Part shown: in pieces, positions 9,768-18,914 of the stretch
Layout: each line of letters starts with the position of its first letter
Position numbering within the stretch: the stretch's first letter is position 1
IMG/VR virus record: IMGVR_UViG_3300042484_002457
Location: 1 to 64,000 of that record
Strand: one strand, 5' to 3'
Length of the DNA stretch: 64,000 bases
Program-made: the position numbers and the translations under genes
Notes under the pieces: model-generated
The model's database searches: none
Seen by the model: the letters and a program-made list of their open reading frames with translations, nothing else
Told to the model about the DNA's origin: nothing

Positions 9768-10683
9768 TTGTGTTGTTTATGTAAGTTCAGTAGCAAACCC
9801 CAACAAGCACTCACGCAAGATTGCTTGTCTTGAGAACTTTGCTGCTGGTGTTCGCGCCACTGGTCACACAGTTGCAGTAGAGTGGGACTATCGATATCAG
9901 CCTTCAAAACTGGCAGTAATTCTGGGCTGGGCTACCACAAACACTGGTGGCCGAAACATCACACTACGCAAACAAATCATTGCTGAACAAAATAGACATG
10001 GATTTAAAACCATGTGCATTGATGCCAGTTGTTTCAAATACCTGGATGACACTGGAACATACTTGCGCTACAGCCTAGGCGGCCCGTTTTATGATCGCGC
10101 TGAATATGCAAATGCCAATAGTGATAGCACCAAATGGTTAGAAATACAACAACGTCTTGGTATTGTGTTAAAACCTCATCGTACCAATTTGCAAGGTTAT
10201 ATCTTGATTGGCATGCAACGAGATGGCGGCTTTGCAATGAAAACGCTAAGTCCCATGACATGGCTTCAGCAAAAAATTGTTGACATTAGAAAACATACTC
10301 GTCGCCCTATTGTGATTCGACCACATCCGGGACAATACAATATGCAAGACTTTGCTGCTTATTCTGGCAAGGATGCCTCAAGAAACAATGTTAGAGTTAT
10401 TGACCCCAAAGACTCCAAACTGATTGATGATCTACAACAAGCTCACGCTGCGGTATTTTTTAATAGTAGTGCCAGTGTTGCATCAGTACTAGAAGGTATT
10501 CCCACATATGTAGATGATGCATCAGCAGTGACTTGGCAGGTAGCACATCATGATGTTGCTGCGATTGAATCTCCACAACAGTTTGCAAGAGATCAATGGA
10601 TATACAATCTAGCTGCGGCCCACTGGAGCGACAATGATGGACTCGCAGGCCACATATATCAAAAATTTATTCCTTATCTATAA
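9760..10683 (+). CDS. Capsule-polysaccharide-synthesis-like (GT-B-like) protein, paralog 2
   Basis: GTG start coupled to the upstream stop; IRPHP, FFNSSASVASVLEGIP. Confidence 0.55.
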   Translation: MVDCVVYVSSVANPNKHSRKIACLENFAAGVRATGHTVAVEWDYRYQPSKLAVILGWATTNTGGRNITLRKQIIAEQNRHGFKTMCIDASCFKYLDDTGTYLRYSLGGPFYDRAEYANANSDSTKWLEIQQRLGIVLKPHRTNLQGYILIGMQRDGGFAMKTLSPMTWLQQKIVDIRKHTRRPIVIRPHPGQYNMQDFAAYSGKDASRNNVRVIDPKDSKLIDDLQQAHAAVFFNSSASVASVLEGIPTYVDDASAVTWQVAHHDVAAIESPQQFARDQWIYNLAAAHWSDNDGLAGHIYQKFIPYL

Positions 10684-11379
10684 CAGTTCAGGATTACCAG
10701 TAAGAGATAGTTCACCTATTCTTTGAAAATAATCTGGATGTAATCGTACAATGGTGGGTGTGGTAACTTGTATGTCCACGATTGCATCGCCTATTTGTTG
10801 GTCAGCTGGCACAAACCCATTGACAGCAATCCAGTTGATTAGTTTTTTAGCAGCGCCAGGTTTGATGATATATCCGTATGCTCCCCTCATGTAGTTACCA
10901 GTTTGAATCTTTGCATGCCATTTTGATTGTGGATCAAGCGTTTTTGCTTGATTGTTGTGATATTTTTGTACCGTAATATCAAGATTTTGTTGCTGAGTCA
11001 ACAGGGTGTTGTACTGCTTTGAGAACGGATCTAATCCATCCAATTTTAATATATCTGTAAACGTATTCAACACATCAGCTGGTAGTGGCTGAACAAAGTA
11101 ACCGTCGTGTTCTAAAATCAACAGCGGCTGACTAGATTCAACACATTTTTTCCAAAGGTAGTAATGACTCAAGAAACATCCAAACACCCCGGCACGACCT
11201 TTTTTGAATTTGTATCTTGGTTCAATGCCTAATCGTGCCACATGCTGTTGATATTCCAGTCCGTTGATGCCGTCAAAATACTCAACATCTATGCCAAATT
11301 TGCGTGCCTGGGCAACACCAAGGTCTGCGTATTTCTCAGACATGGCGTTGTTTTTCAGTCGAATTATGTATGCTTTCAT
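10678..11379 (-). CDS. Glycosyltransferase family 25-like
   Basis: AYIIRL, FDGING, GCFLSHY.LW, ILEHD, GAYGYIIKP.AAKKLI, PADQ. Confidence 0.85.
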   Translation of the reverse strand: MKAYIIRLKNNAMSEKYADLGVAQARKFGIDVEYFDGINGLEYQQHVARLGIEPRYKFKKGRAGVFGCFLSHYYLWKKCVESSQPLLILEHDGYFVQPLPADVLNTFTDILKLDGLDPFSKQYNTLLTQQQNLDITVQKYHNNQAKTLDPQSKWHAKIQTGNYMRGAYGYIIKPGAAKKLINWIAVNGFVPADQQIGDAIVDIQVTTPTIVRLHPDYFQRIGELSLTGNPELL

Positions 11380-11906
11380 AGCTCTAATAGATATACTCCG
11401 ATGATGTTACCAGTCCATGATCGTTTAATTTGAGGGAAAGTTTCTAACATTTCTGTGTGTGACCAATCGTCCTTTACATGTGCTTCGTAAGGATTTCCTT
11501 CCTCCTCGCCTTGTGGAAAATGCACAATAGGAATACTAACGATAATTCTTTTAGCAACCTTTAATAGATCGTCAACTACTTTAATTGCTTCTTCTTTGGT
11601 TATATGTTCCAATACATCACCGGCAAACACTAGATCTATTGGACTCAAGGTGTTGAAATCTACTGTTCTAATATCTGCGTTGATAATCTTATTATATCTT
11701 GTTAACAAATCAAATTCACGAATATAGGGCTCCCATGCTTCGACACCAATCCAGTATGCTTCTTTAAGAGCTGGCGACTTCCTGGTATACAGCCTATGAT
11801 AAGTTCCGTTCCCGACTCCAAGATCTAGTACAGTTTTTACGTCAGGACCAAATTCTGTAACCCATTCTCTTATTACTGACTTACCTTCTTTATTACTTGA
11901 TGGCAT
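11376..11906 (-). CDS. Class I SAM-dependent methyltransferase
   Basis: VLDLGVGNG motif I, GDVLEH; AT-rich relative to neighbours. Confidence 0.8.
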   Translation of the reverse strand: MPSSNKEGKSVIREWVTEFGPDVKTVLDLGVGNGTYHRLYTRKSPALKEAYWIGVEAWEPYIREFDLLTRYNKIINADIRTVDFNTLSPIDLVFAGDVLEHITKEEAIKVVDDLLKVAKRIIVSIPIVHFPQGEEEGNPYEAHVKDDWSHTEMLETFPQIKRSWTGNIIGVYLLEL

Positions 11907-11933
11907 GCTATTTCCTATTTTATAATCTTATTA

Positions 11934-12584
11934 TCAGTTCCAACCCATGATCCAGTCATCCTTGACTTGGTCTAGCCGGGTCATGCCCCAGGACTGTAGC
12001 AGTGCAATAGCAGCATGTTGACTGTATTCTTTGGAATACATGTCATGTGGTTTTTGTTCTAGCACAATTAGAGGCCTGCAACGCCGTATGGTTTGTTCAG
12101 CGCCACGAATTACTTTGTATTCATAACCTTCACAATCAATCTTGATGTAATCAACGTTTTCCATATTCAAGTTGTCCAGGCGCACAACCTGCACATTGCC
12201 TTGGTTCACCTTGTTGGGATCAATATGACTGTGCCCAGTGTTGCCCTCTGTAATCACCATAGTGGCTTGCATGTCTGTGTCGCCCAGGGCCATGGGGCTG
12301 GCCCATAATCGATCGCTAGTAACGTTCTTGGCCAAACACTCGCGAAACATGTCCACGGGCTCAAACGCAATGACTTTTTCAAAGTGTTGACAAAGATCCC
12401 GACTCCACAGCCCCACATTAGCTCCAACGTCTAGAGCTACTCGCTTGTTCTTTACATAGCTCAGGCTACGCAATCTAACTGGCTGCTGATATTCAGCGGG
12501 CCCGCCCTTGTCCACGCTTTTCTTCAGCATCTTTGGAAAGTGGCTTTCAATGTCAGGAAAGTGCCATCCCATGAATTCACGCAT
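11934..12584 (-). CDS. FkbM-family methyltransferase
   Basis: LDVGANVGLWS, AFEP, IKIDCEGYE..VI.GA. Confidence 0.9.
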   Translation of the reverse strand: MREFMGWHFPDIESHFPKMLKKSVDKGGPAEYQQPVRLRSLSYVKNKRVALDVGANVGLWSRDLCQHFEKVIAFEPVDMFRECLAKNVTSDRLWASPMALGDTDMQATMVITEGNTGHSHIDPNKVNQGNVQVVRLDNLNMENVDYIKIDCEGYEYKVIRGAEQTIRRCRPLIVLEQKPHDMYSKEYSQHAAIALLQSWGMTRLDQVKDDWIMGWN

Positions 12585-13389
12585 TTGATATCTCCTTGGT
12601 CTCGTTTAGTATACGAGCTGCTGTTCCATCAGCTAGCTCAGTGGTATGAAATTGTCCGTATGCAAGATGGCAAGCCCAGGCATGCACTTGATCTGATTCA
12701 GGAAACCAAGGATCTTCAATGCGACTTAAATCTATATTGGCCATGGGTCGTGCAGCATTGCAAGGTGCAGTTACAAACACTGGTACACCGGCCAACACAC
12801 TTTCAGTTGCAGCAACTGAATTGAATGTTACTAGAGCATGCACATCTGTGAGCCATTCTTCAGCAGATTGTGTTTTTCTTGCAGTACGGGCCACTGGTCG
12901 TTGTCTTATTTGTATAGGCCGGTCAGTGTGCTGTTTTATTGTAGCAATGGTTTGCTCTAGCCAGTCATGCAAAGTAATGCCATAGAATGCACAAGGCTTT
13001 TCGTCAGGGGCAGCAATCAGTATGGTCTTACTGTGTTGTTGATGCGGTCTCATTTGCAGTCCCAATCGTTCCCAACGATCAGCAGGCCTGGCAATAACTT
13101 GATCGTGTTGTAGGTTGTTGGGCACAATGCGATGATAAAATTTCCAACCATTGGGATTGCGTGGACCAGGTCTGTTGCCAAAATAACCAGTGTCCATGTA
13201 TCTAAATTGACGACCGTCCTGCCAGCAGCGTTTGATAATCTTGTGTTTCATGATGCCGCGTAGTACCAAGGGATCAGTGTTGCTGTCGTAGTCAAAAGAC
13301 TCCAGCGCAGTTATACCACTGCCTGAACCAGCAGCAAACATCTGCATGTATTCGTCAATGCCGTTTTTGCTGAGATAAGTCCAGTTCAT
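12577..13389 (-). CDS. Capsule-polysaccharide-synthesis-like (GT-B-like) protein, paralog 3
   Basis: YMDTGYFG, VTFNSVAATESVLAGVP, W..HLAYGQF...EL.DG.A. Confidence 0.55.
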   Translation of the reverse strand: MNWTYLSKNGIDEYMQMFAAGSGSGITALESFDYDSNTDPLVLRGIMKHKIIKRCWQDGRQFRYMDTGYFGNRPGPRNPNGWKFYHRIVPNNLQHDQVIARPADRWERLGLQMRPHQQHSKTILIAAPDEKPCAFYGITLHDWLEQTIATIKQHTDRPIQIRQRPVARTARKTQSAEEWLTDVHALVTFNSVAATESVLAGVPVFVTAPCNAARPMANIDLSRIEDPWFPESDQVHAWACHLAYGQFHTTELADGTAARILNETKEISNA

Positions 13390-14168
13390 TGCCAGTATTT
13401 CTCTTTGCGTTTGACCAGCAAATCGTCTTGTCCACTACGACCTTTTGTTTTGCGATTGCCTTTGAGATGGTCAATATACGCACCCCAGGCACAGTTGATT
13501 AGCGGGTGTCCCTCACCAGTGATGAGTCCTGCGCTCCAATTCAATTCTGCAACTGATACACGTGATCTAACAGCATCAAACACAAAGCTATCGTGCCACT
13601 CTTTCAGCGTAAAGATACCATTGTCAGCATCATCATACATGCGCTGAAATTCTGTTAGCCACTCACGTATCCTAGGCGATGTCAAGTTCATGCCGTATAA
13701 ACCACATTCGCTAAATTTGTTGGTACGCCCTGCAAAACACAAGTCGACTAAATCTGGGAAAAACTTACCAAGCTGTTGGTGATCAATAGTACTGTGGCAC
13801 ACCATGTCTCCATCCATCCAAATCAACCACTTGCTGTTGGCCGTTGCTGCTGCATGAAATATAGCGTACACTTTGTGGCTAAAACGCACCGCTTGCCATT
13901 TGAATGCTTTTTTCTCTGCTCCGGGGAATGGATGACCATTGGCCTTGGGCACATTGCGCCACTGGTTTTTGAATGCCACAAGTTCAGGACTGCTCACAGC
14001 TAGGTCTAGTACACGAACGTTTGGGGCTGGGGATTTGATAGCAAAGCCTTCTGTGTACACCAATAGTTCTACATCCTGGGGCCATGTTTTTACAAAAGTT
14101 TCAATCATGCGTTGACCATAAACATTGTAACCTTCTTGATTAAATGTGGTAACTACTGTATATTTCAT
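13386..14168 (-). CDS. Glycosyltransferase (GT-A, nucleotide-diphospho-sugar transferase-like)
   Basis: Start taken at MKYTVVTTF, 5 nt after a minus-strand TAAATA; AVRFSHKVYA, WMDGD, EWHDSFVFD, DHLKG.RK. Confidence 0.7.
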   Translation of the reverse strand: MKYTVVTTFNQEGYNVYGQRMIETFVKTWPQDVELLVYTEGFAIKSPAPNVRVLDLAVSSPELVAFKNQWRNVPKANGHPFPGAEKKAFKWQAVRFSHKVYAIFHAAATANSKWLIWMDGDMVCHSTIDHQQLGKFFPDLVDLCFAGRTNKFSECGLYGMNLTSPRIREWLTEFQRMYDDADNGIFTLKEWHDSFVFDAVRSRVSVAELNWSAGLITGEGHPLINCAWGAYIDHLKGNRKTKGRSGQDDLLVKRKEKYWQ

Positions 14169-14179
14169 AGGGATATTTA

Positions 14180-15034
14180 GTGATACGTTCAGCGGCGTAT
14201 TTTCCTTTGCAGTCAGCATTGAACTCAGCACCAATAATGGCTGCTGTGCTCGATAGCTTGAGCAGCTCAGGAATTGCAACTCAAGAAAACAGCATGGACT
14301 CAGATTGCGCAGTGATCTGGAGTGTGCTTTGGTCTGGCCGTATGGCACCAAATCGCACAGTGTACGAGCACTATCGTGCCCTAAACCGTCCAGTAATTGT
14401 AATTGAAGTAGGTGCACTGAAACGAGGTATTACCTGGAAAGTTGCTGTAAACAATGTTACAGCTCAGGGCTACTATGGACATCGTGACAATCTGGATTGG
14501 GACCGTCCAAAACATTTGGGTATCAACCCAACAACACCATCAAACACCAAGTCTGGAATTGTTATAGCACTGCAACATCAGCACAGCCTGCAAGTGGCCA
14601 ACATTGCCAACATGTCGCAGTGGGTTTACCACACTGTGCAACAGGTGCGTGAGCACACTGATCGTCCAGTTGTTGTTAGACCACACCCAAGATCCAGAAT
14701 TGCGTTGCCCCAATTGCCGCCTGATGTAAAATTTGAGCAGCCGCGTCGTCTGCACAACACCTATGATTCGTTTGACTTTGATCTTGGGTATCACGCAGTG
14801 ATAAATTATAACTCAGGACCAGGAATACAGGCAGCTATTGCAGGCACAAGGCCCTTGGTGGATCACACCAGCTTGGCTGCACCTGTGGGAATTGACTTGG
14901 CCAGTATTGAACGCCCGTACTTGATAGATCGAGCACAATGGCTGGTAGAAATATGTCACACTGAATACACACTAGAAGAATTGCAAAAAGGAACATGGCT
15001 AAAAAGAATCGCCCCAGCATTACAGGCACAATAG
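14180..15034 (+). CDS. Capsule-polysaccharide-synthesis-like (GT-B-like) protein, paralog 4
   Basis: VRPHP, INYNSGPGIQAAIAG, W...ICHTEYT.EEL..G. Confidence 0.55.
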   Translation: MIRSAAYFPLQSALNSAPIMAAVLDSLSSSGIATQENSMDSDCAVIWSVLWSGRMAPNRTVYEHYRALNRPVIVIEVGALKRGITWKVAVNNVTAQGYYGHRDNLDWDRPKHLGINPTTPSNTKSGIVIALQHQHSLQVANIANMSQWVYHTVQQVREHTDRPVVVRPHPRSRIALPQLPPDVKFEQPRRLHNTYDSFDFDLGYHAVINYNSGPGIQAAIAGTRPLVDHTSLAAPVGIDLASIERPYLIDRAQWLVEICHTEYTLEELQKGTWLKRIAPALQAQ

Positions 15035-15732
15035 ACTGTGCTTGTGTAATCCACGGCTCGGGCTATTCCTGGGAGTATGTGGAAAAGCTCTACAACATGT
15101 TGATGCGTGTGTTTGAAAACAACATACGATTTCATGTGTATACTGAACATGATCGTTCAGTGCCTCCTCACATGATCAAGCATATACTAGACGACTGGGG
15201 TATTTCGGGACCCAAAAAGTCCTGGTGGTACAAGCTACAGTTGTTTAATCCTCAGCACTATGATGGTAACATGTTGTATTTTGATCTTGACATGGTAGTA
15301 GTGCGTGAATTGGATTTTGTACGTGATCTTGATCCTGCTTATTTTTGGAGCATACGAGATTTTAAGTATCTGCAACGTCCAGTATTGCAAACAATAAACT
15401 CCAGTGTGATGTGGTTCAATGTGCCACAGTTTGCAGATGTTTGGCAGAAGTTCACAGCTCGCCCCTTGGATGTGACCACACAAGGGTATCCTGGAGATCA
15501 AGACTACATTGCTGCTGTGATAGATCACAATCGCAGGCGCTTTTTTCAAGATCAATATTTTGAAAGCTATCGTTGGCAATGCCTGGATGGCGGATATGAT
15601 TTTGCACGCCGACGATATCGACAACCCAGCAGTGGGGTAAACATAGCGCCCAACACCGCAGCAGTGGTATTTCACGGAATACCCAAACCACATCAAGTCA
15701 CTGCACCTGTGATTCAAGAATTATGGCGATAA
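14995..15732 (+). CDS. Glycosyltransferase (GT-A, GT8-like)
   Basis: Y..EYV.KL..M, WWYKLQLF, YFDLD, NSSVM, GDQDYI, VFHG.PKP. Confidence 0.78.
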   Translation: MAKKNRPSITGTIDCACVIHGSGYSWEYVEKLYNMLMRVFENNIRFHVYTEHDRSVPPHMIKHILDDWGISGPKKSWWYKLQLFNPQHYDGNMLYFDLDMVVVRELDFVRDLDPAYFWSIRDFKYLQRPVLQTINSSVMWFNVPQFADVWQKFTARPLDVTTQGYPGDQDYIAAVIDHNRRRFFQDQYFESYRWQCLDGGYDFARRRYRQPSSGVNIAPNTAAVVFHGIPKPHQVTAPVIQELWR

Positions 15733-15829
15733 AAACAACCTAGGACCATCTTTGCACGCCGGGGTCAGGCAAGAATTCTAGACTAGACCTACTACAATAT
15801 TCATGCAAATATGTATACTTTTGTAGTAC

Positions 15830-15858
15830 TTGACCAAAAATTCCCATTTTGCTATAAT
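15830..15858 (+). promoter_or_regulatory. sigma70-like early promoter
   Basis: TTGACC-N17-TATAAT with extended TG. Confidence 0.85.
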
Positions 15859-15886
15859 ACAAGAACAGTAGCAAAAAGGAGTCGCA

Positions 15887-16090
15887 ATGTCGTATGTTGT
15901 TTTTAAACACGCCAAAGAGTACGGTGCCCGCAAAGGCCTCGAAGGCCCGTTCCACTATCCCAACGGGCAGGTCTTGTACTACGATGTGAAAGAAGGAATG
16001 TACTACGATCCTACTACTGATTTTTACGTGGAACTGGACCAAGTCAACGAACTGCAAAATCAGATTTTTGACCTGTTGAAAAAGCAATAA
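15887..16090 (+). CDS. Small early hypothetical protein
   Basis: AAGGAG SD; GLEGPF.Y.NG.VLYYD.KEG.YYDP.TDFY. Confidence 0.75.
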   Translation: MSYVVFKHAKEYGARKGLEGPFHYPNGQVLYYDVKEGMYYDPTTDFYVELDQVNELQNQIFDLLKKQ

Positions 16091-16091
16091 A

Positions 16092-16292
16092 ATGTATACT
16101 TTGTTGTACATCACTACAATGGCGTTCATGGGCACTTATGCTGACCTGCCCAGTTGCGAAAACGCTGTTCGCGAAATTGTAACTGTGCAAATGAACCCGC
16201 CAGGGCAGCGTTTGCCTGCTGTAAACGAAAGCATTAATTTACGGATTGCCATGCAAAAATCGTTTGTATGTGTTCCGGTGAAAAAAGGTTGA
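16092..16292 (+). CDS. Small hypothetical protein
   Basis: 66-aa ORF directly downstream of the previous gene. Confidence 0.6.
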   Translation: MYTLLYITTMAFMGTYADLPSCENAVREIVTVQMNPPGQRLPAVNESINLRIAMQKSFVCVPVKKG

Positions 16293-16317
16293 CCAGAATT
16301 TCCCAATTTGCTATAAT
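16289..16317 (+). promoter_or_regulatory. sigma70-like early promoter
   Basis: TTGACC-N17-TATAAT with extended TG. Confidence 0.85.
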
Positions 16318-16349
16318 ATACACATAGCAAAGCAAAACAGGAGCCAGAA

Positions 16350-16526
16350 ATGAACTTTACCCAAGCACTTGAAGTGGTCCAGGATTATCAGCAAAATTGG
16401 GCCTTGCCCGGGCTGTTGGAAACTCTGGAACAGATGCAAGATTCCCTGGACCAGCTCACTGATCAGGAATGCCGTGCATTCCGTGTGGTGTTTCGCGAAA
16501 TGGGTAAACTGTTTGCCCCAGCCTAA
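16350..16526 (+). CDS. Small early hypothetical protein (58 aa, not in ORF track)
   Basis: AGGAG SD, then MNFTQALEVVQDYQQNWALPGLLETL...FAPA*. Confidence 0.7.
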   Translation: MNFTQALEVVQDYQQNWALPGLLETLEQMQDSLDQLTDQECRAFRVVFREMGKLFAPA

Positions 16527-16530
16527 GCGA

Positions 16531-16559
16531 TTGACCAATAAATCGCAATCTGCTATAAT
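16531..16559 (+). promoter_or_regulatory. sigma70-like early promoter
   Basis: TTGACC-N17-TATAAT with extended TG. Confidence 0.85.
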
Positions 16560-16589
16560 ATATTTTTAACGCACAAAAAGGAGCCAACT

Positions 16590-17612
16590 ATGAGTGCAAT
16601 TCGAGTCTTAAATGGTGTTTATCGTAACAAGCCTGTGAAAGATGTCACGTTCCAACTGGTCAAGGGTTTCCAGACTGGTGCCCGCGGCGGCTTTGTAACT
16701 GTGCAAAGCGATGGTTACTTTGGAGCAGAATTTGATGTGGTAAGAATCAAGGTTGACAACATCGCAGACATTGCATACACTAACGACATGACGCAAGATA
16801 ACCCCGTACACTTTGAGAAGTCTGTAGCTCCAGTCGAAACTGACGAGCAGGCCATGGATCGTATCCGTGAGCGTTTTGACATCCTGCACGAAATGACCAA
16901 GGCCACTGTGAGTGGTGACATCCGTGCCATGATTGTGAGCGGTCCCCCCGGCGTTGGCAAGAGCTTTGGTGTCGAGCAAGAAATTGACAAAGCCACTATG
17001 TTTGACAAACTGGCAGGCAAGCGCCTCCGTGCCGAAGTTGTCAAAGGCTCGGCTACTCCAATTGGCCTGTACCAAACCCTGTACAAATATTCAGATGAGA
17101 ACTGCGTGGTTGTGTTTGACGACTGTGACAGTATCTTGCTGGATGACGTTGCCTTGAACTTGCTCAAGGGCGCATTAGACTCTGGCAAAAAGCGCAAGAT
17201 CTCCTGGTTGAGTGAATCCAGCAGCCTGCGCCGTGAAGGTATTCCGGACAGTTTTGAGTTCAAAGGCAGTGCTATCTTTATCACTAACTTGAAATTTGAC
17301 AAGATGAAGTCGCAGAAGCTGCGGGACCACTTGGATGCACTGCAAAGCCGATGCCACTACTTGGACTTGACCTTGGACACCATGCGTGACAAGATCCTGC
17401 GTATCAAGCAGATTGCCAAAGACGGTGTGTTGTTTGCGGACTATGACTTTGAACCCTGTGTGCAAGATGAGATCATTGACTTCATGAATGATAATCAGAA
17501 TCGGTTGCGTGAAATGAGCCTGCGTATGGCAATCAAGATTGCAGACTTGCGCAAGAGCTTTCCTGGTAACTGGAAGCGCATGGCCGAAACAACTTGTATG
17601 AAAGCATCTTAA
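16590..17612 (+). CDS. AAA-family ATPase
   Basis: Walker A GPPGVGKS, Walker B VVVFDDCD, IFITN sensor, ALQSRC Arg finger. Confidence 0.85.
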   Translation: MSAIRVLNGVYRNKPVKDVTFQLVKGFQTGARGGFVTVQSDGYFGAEFDVVRIKVDNIADIAYTNDMTQDNPVHFEKSVAPVETDEQAMDRIRERFDILHEMTKATVSGDIRAMIVSGPPGVGKSFGVEQEIDKATMFDKLAGKRLRAEVVKGSATPIGLYQTLYKYSDENCVVVFDDCDSILLDDVALNLLKGALDSGKKRKISWLSESSSLRREGIPDSFEFKGSAIFITNLKFDKMKSQKLRDHLDALQSRCHYLDLTLDTMRDKILRIKQIAKDGVLFADYDFEPCVQDEIIDFMNDNQNRLREMSLRMAIKIADLRKSFPGNWKRMAETTCMKAS

Positions 17613-17622
17613 GGAGTAACTG

Positions 17623-17841
17623 ATGATCAAAAATGCTGTTGAAATGTTTGGTACTGTAGTTGGTGCTGTGGCAGTGATGGTGGGCATAAGCTTCCTACTG
17701 AGCTGGCCAGTTTACATGCTGTGGAACGGATGCTTGGTTGATGCGATCACCGGAGTTCGAGAAGTCACCTGGCTGCAGGCCTGGGGCTTGAATATTCTAG
17801 CTGGCTTCCTGTTCAAGACCACAGTCAGTACCAAGGCGTAA
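17623..17841 (+). CDS. Small membrane protein
   Basis: TAAGGAG SD; hydrophobic, LWN...TWLQAWGL. Confidence 0.7.
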   Translation: MIKNAVEMFGTVVGAVAVMVGISFLLSWPVYMLWNGCLVDAITGVREVTWLQAWGLNILAGFLFKTTVSTKA

Positions 17842-17844
17842 CAA

Positions 17845-17961
17845 ATGATAATGGGATGGCTCGCAGTATTGGTGCTGGTACTCACTGGCAATCTTGTGTG
17901 GAGTTTGGTACTGACTGCGGTGCAGTTGCTGTGTGAGAGATACGGTTTCCCTGGACAATAA
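17845..17961 (+). CDS. Putative 38-aa hydrophobic peptide
   Basis: MIMGWLAVLVLVLTGNLVWSLVLTAVQLLCERYGFPGQ* fills the gap before the terminator. Confidence 0.4.
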   Translation: MIMGWLAVLVLVLTGNLVWSLVLTAVQLLCERYGFPGQ

Positions 17962-17986
17962 ACGGTTGGCTCCGGTCCAGGTTTTG

Positions 17987-18018
17987 ACAGGTACCCCTAA
18001 AAAGGTACCTGTTTTTTT
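17987..18018 (+). terminator. Rho-independent terminator
   Basis: ACAGGTACC-loop-GGTACCTGT followed by a T run. Confidence 0.85.
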
Positions 18019-18045
18019 GACTTGTTGTTGCAGTAAGTATATAAT
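18017..18045 (+). promoter_or_regulatory. sigma70-like promoter, 5 nt upstream of ATG 18051
   Basis: TTGACT-N17-TATAAT. Confidence 0.7.
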
Positions 18046-18050
18046 GTTAT

Positions 18051-18914
18051 ATGTTTAAATTTTTGCGCATCAGTCTAGGGCATAACAAAGATCTTGATCT
18101 GCGATTTCGAATCATTCCTTCGCCGCTGGCTGAACGCTGGGTTGAGCGTATGCTACAACGCACAGCCTGGCCCATGGACAACCCTGACAGATTCTACGGA
18201 TTTGGCACTCCAGCACAAGAGCATGATCGCGCTGTGGCCATGATTCAGGATTGTGTGCATACCATCAACAGCCACCAACACATCATACATGGCAAGTTTG
18301 AATTATCGCAAGACTATCTCAATTATCTGCACCACATATTTGAAGTGCATCACGGCTTGCTAGATCAGCAAACATCAGACTTTTGGAAATCAGCACCCGA
18401 GTCTGTGCGCCAAGCTCTGGCCAATTTGAACTTGGCAGTGCATCGTTGTGAAAGTGTGGCGGCAGGAACTCACCCAAGATTTGTGTGCACTTGGTTTGGT
18501 ATGCCCAAGGCTCACAAACTAGATCCAGATCTGCAAGGTATGTACGGCACTTGGGACATACAATTTGGCACAGTTTATCTAAACTATTGCGAAATTGGCA
18601 AAACTGTAGAAGATCTTGCCAACGACAACGATAAGTACATAGGCCAAGATGCGTTCCGGCCATTCAGTCACTACAGTGCAGACTTCAATGTTGCATTTTA
18701 CGATCGTAACCTAAGTGACATTTATGGCCGTGTTCAAAACTACATTGATCAACATCAAGACTTTTTTGTTGCACACAACATCAAGAGTGTGTATAATATA
18801 AAAGCACAACCACTGCGCTTTCCTGTTGCCAAACTAGAGTTTGACGGCAATCGAGAAAAGTTGTTGTTTGAAATAGCCCAGCGCCAATGGGTGCAACAAG
18901 TAATACTAGAATGA
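18051..18914 (+). CDS. Hypothetical protein
   Basis: 287-aa ORF; LNYLHHIFE, LNLAVHRCE, VYLNYCEIGK. Confidence 0.7.
   Translation: MFKFLRISLGHNKDLDLRFRIIPSPLAERWVERMLQRTAWPMDNPDRFYGFGTPAQEHDRAVAMIQDCVHTINSHQHIIHGKFELSQDYLNYLHHIFEVHHGLLDQQTSDFWKSAPESVRQALANLNLAVHRCESVAAGTHPRFVCTWFGMPKAHKLDPDLQGMYGTWDIQFGTVYLNYCEIGKTVEDLANDNDKYIGQDAFRPFSHYSADFNVAFYDRNLSDIYGRVQNYIDQHQDFFVAHNIKSVYNIKAQPLRFPVAKLEFDGNREKLLFEIAQRQWVQQVILE

Noticed and set aside
13386-14417. Long ORF-track starts for several genes (14417, 21251, 9670, 50665, 46720, 57933)
   Set aside because: They overlap neighbouring genes or regulatory elements; downstream starts fit the promoters, SDs and motifs better.
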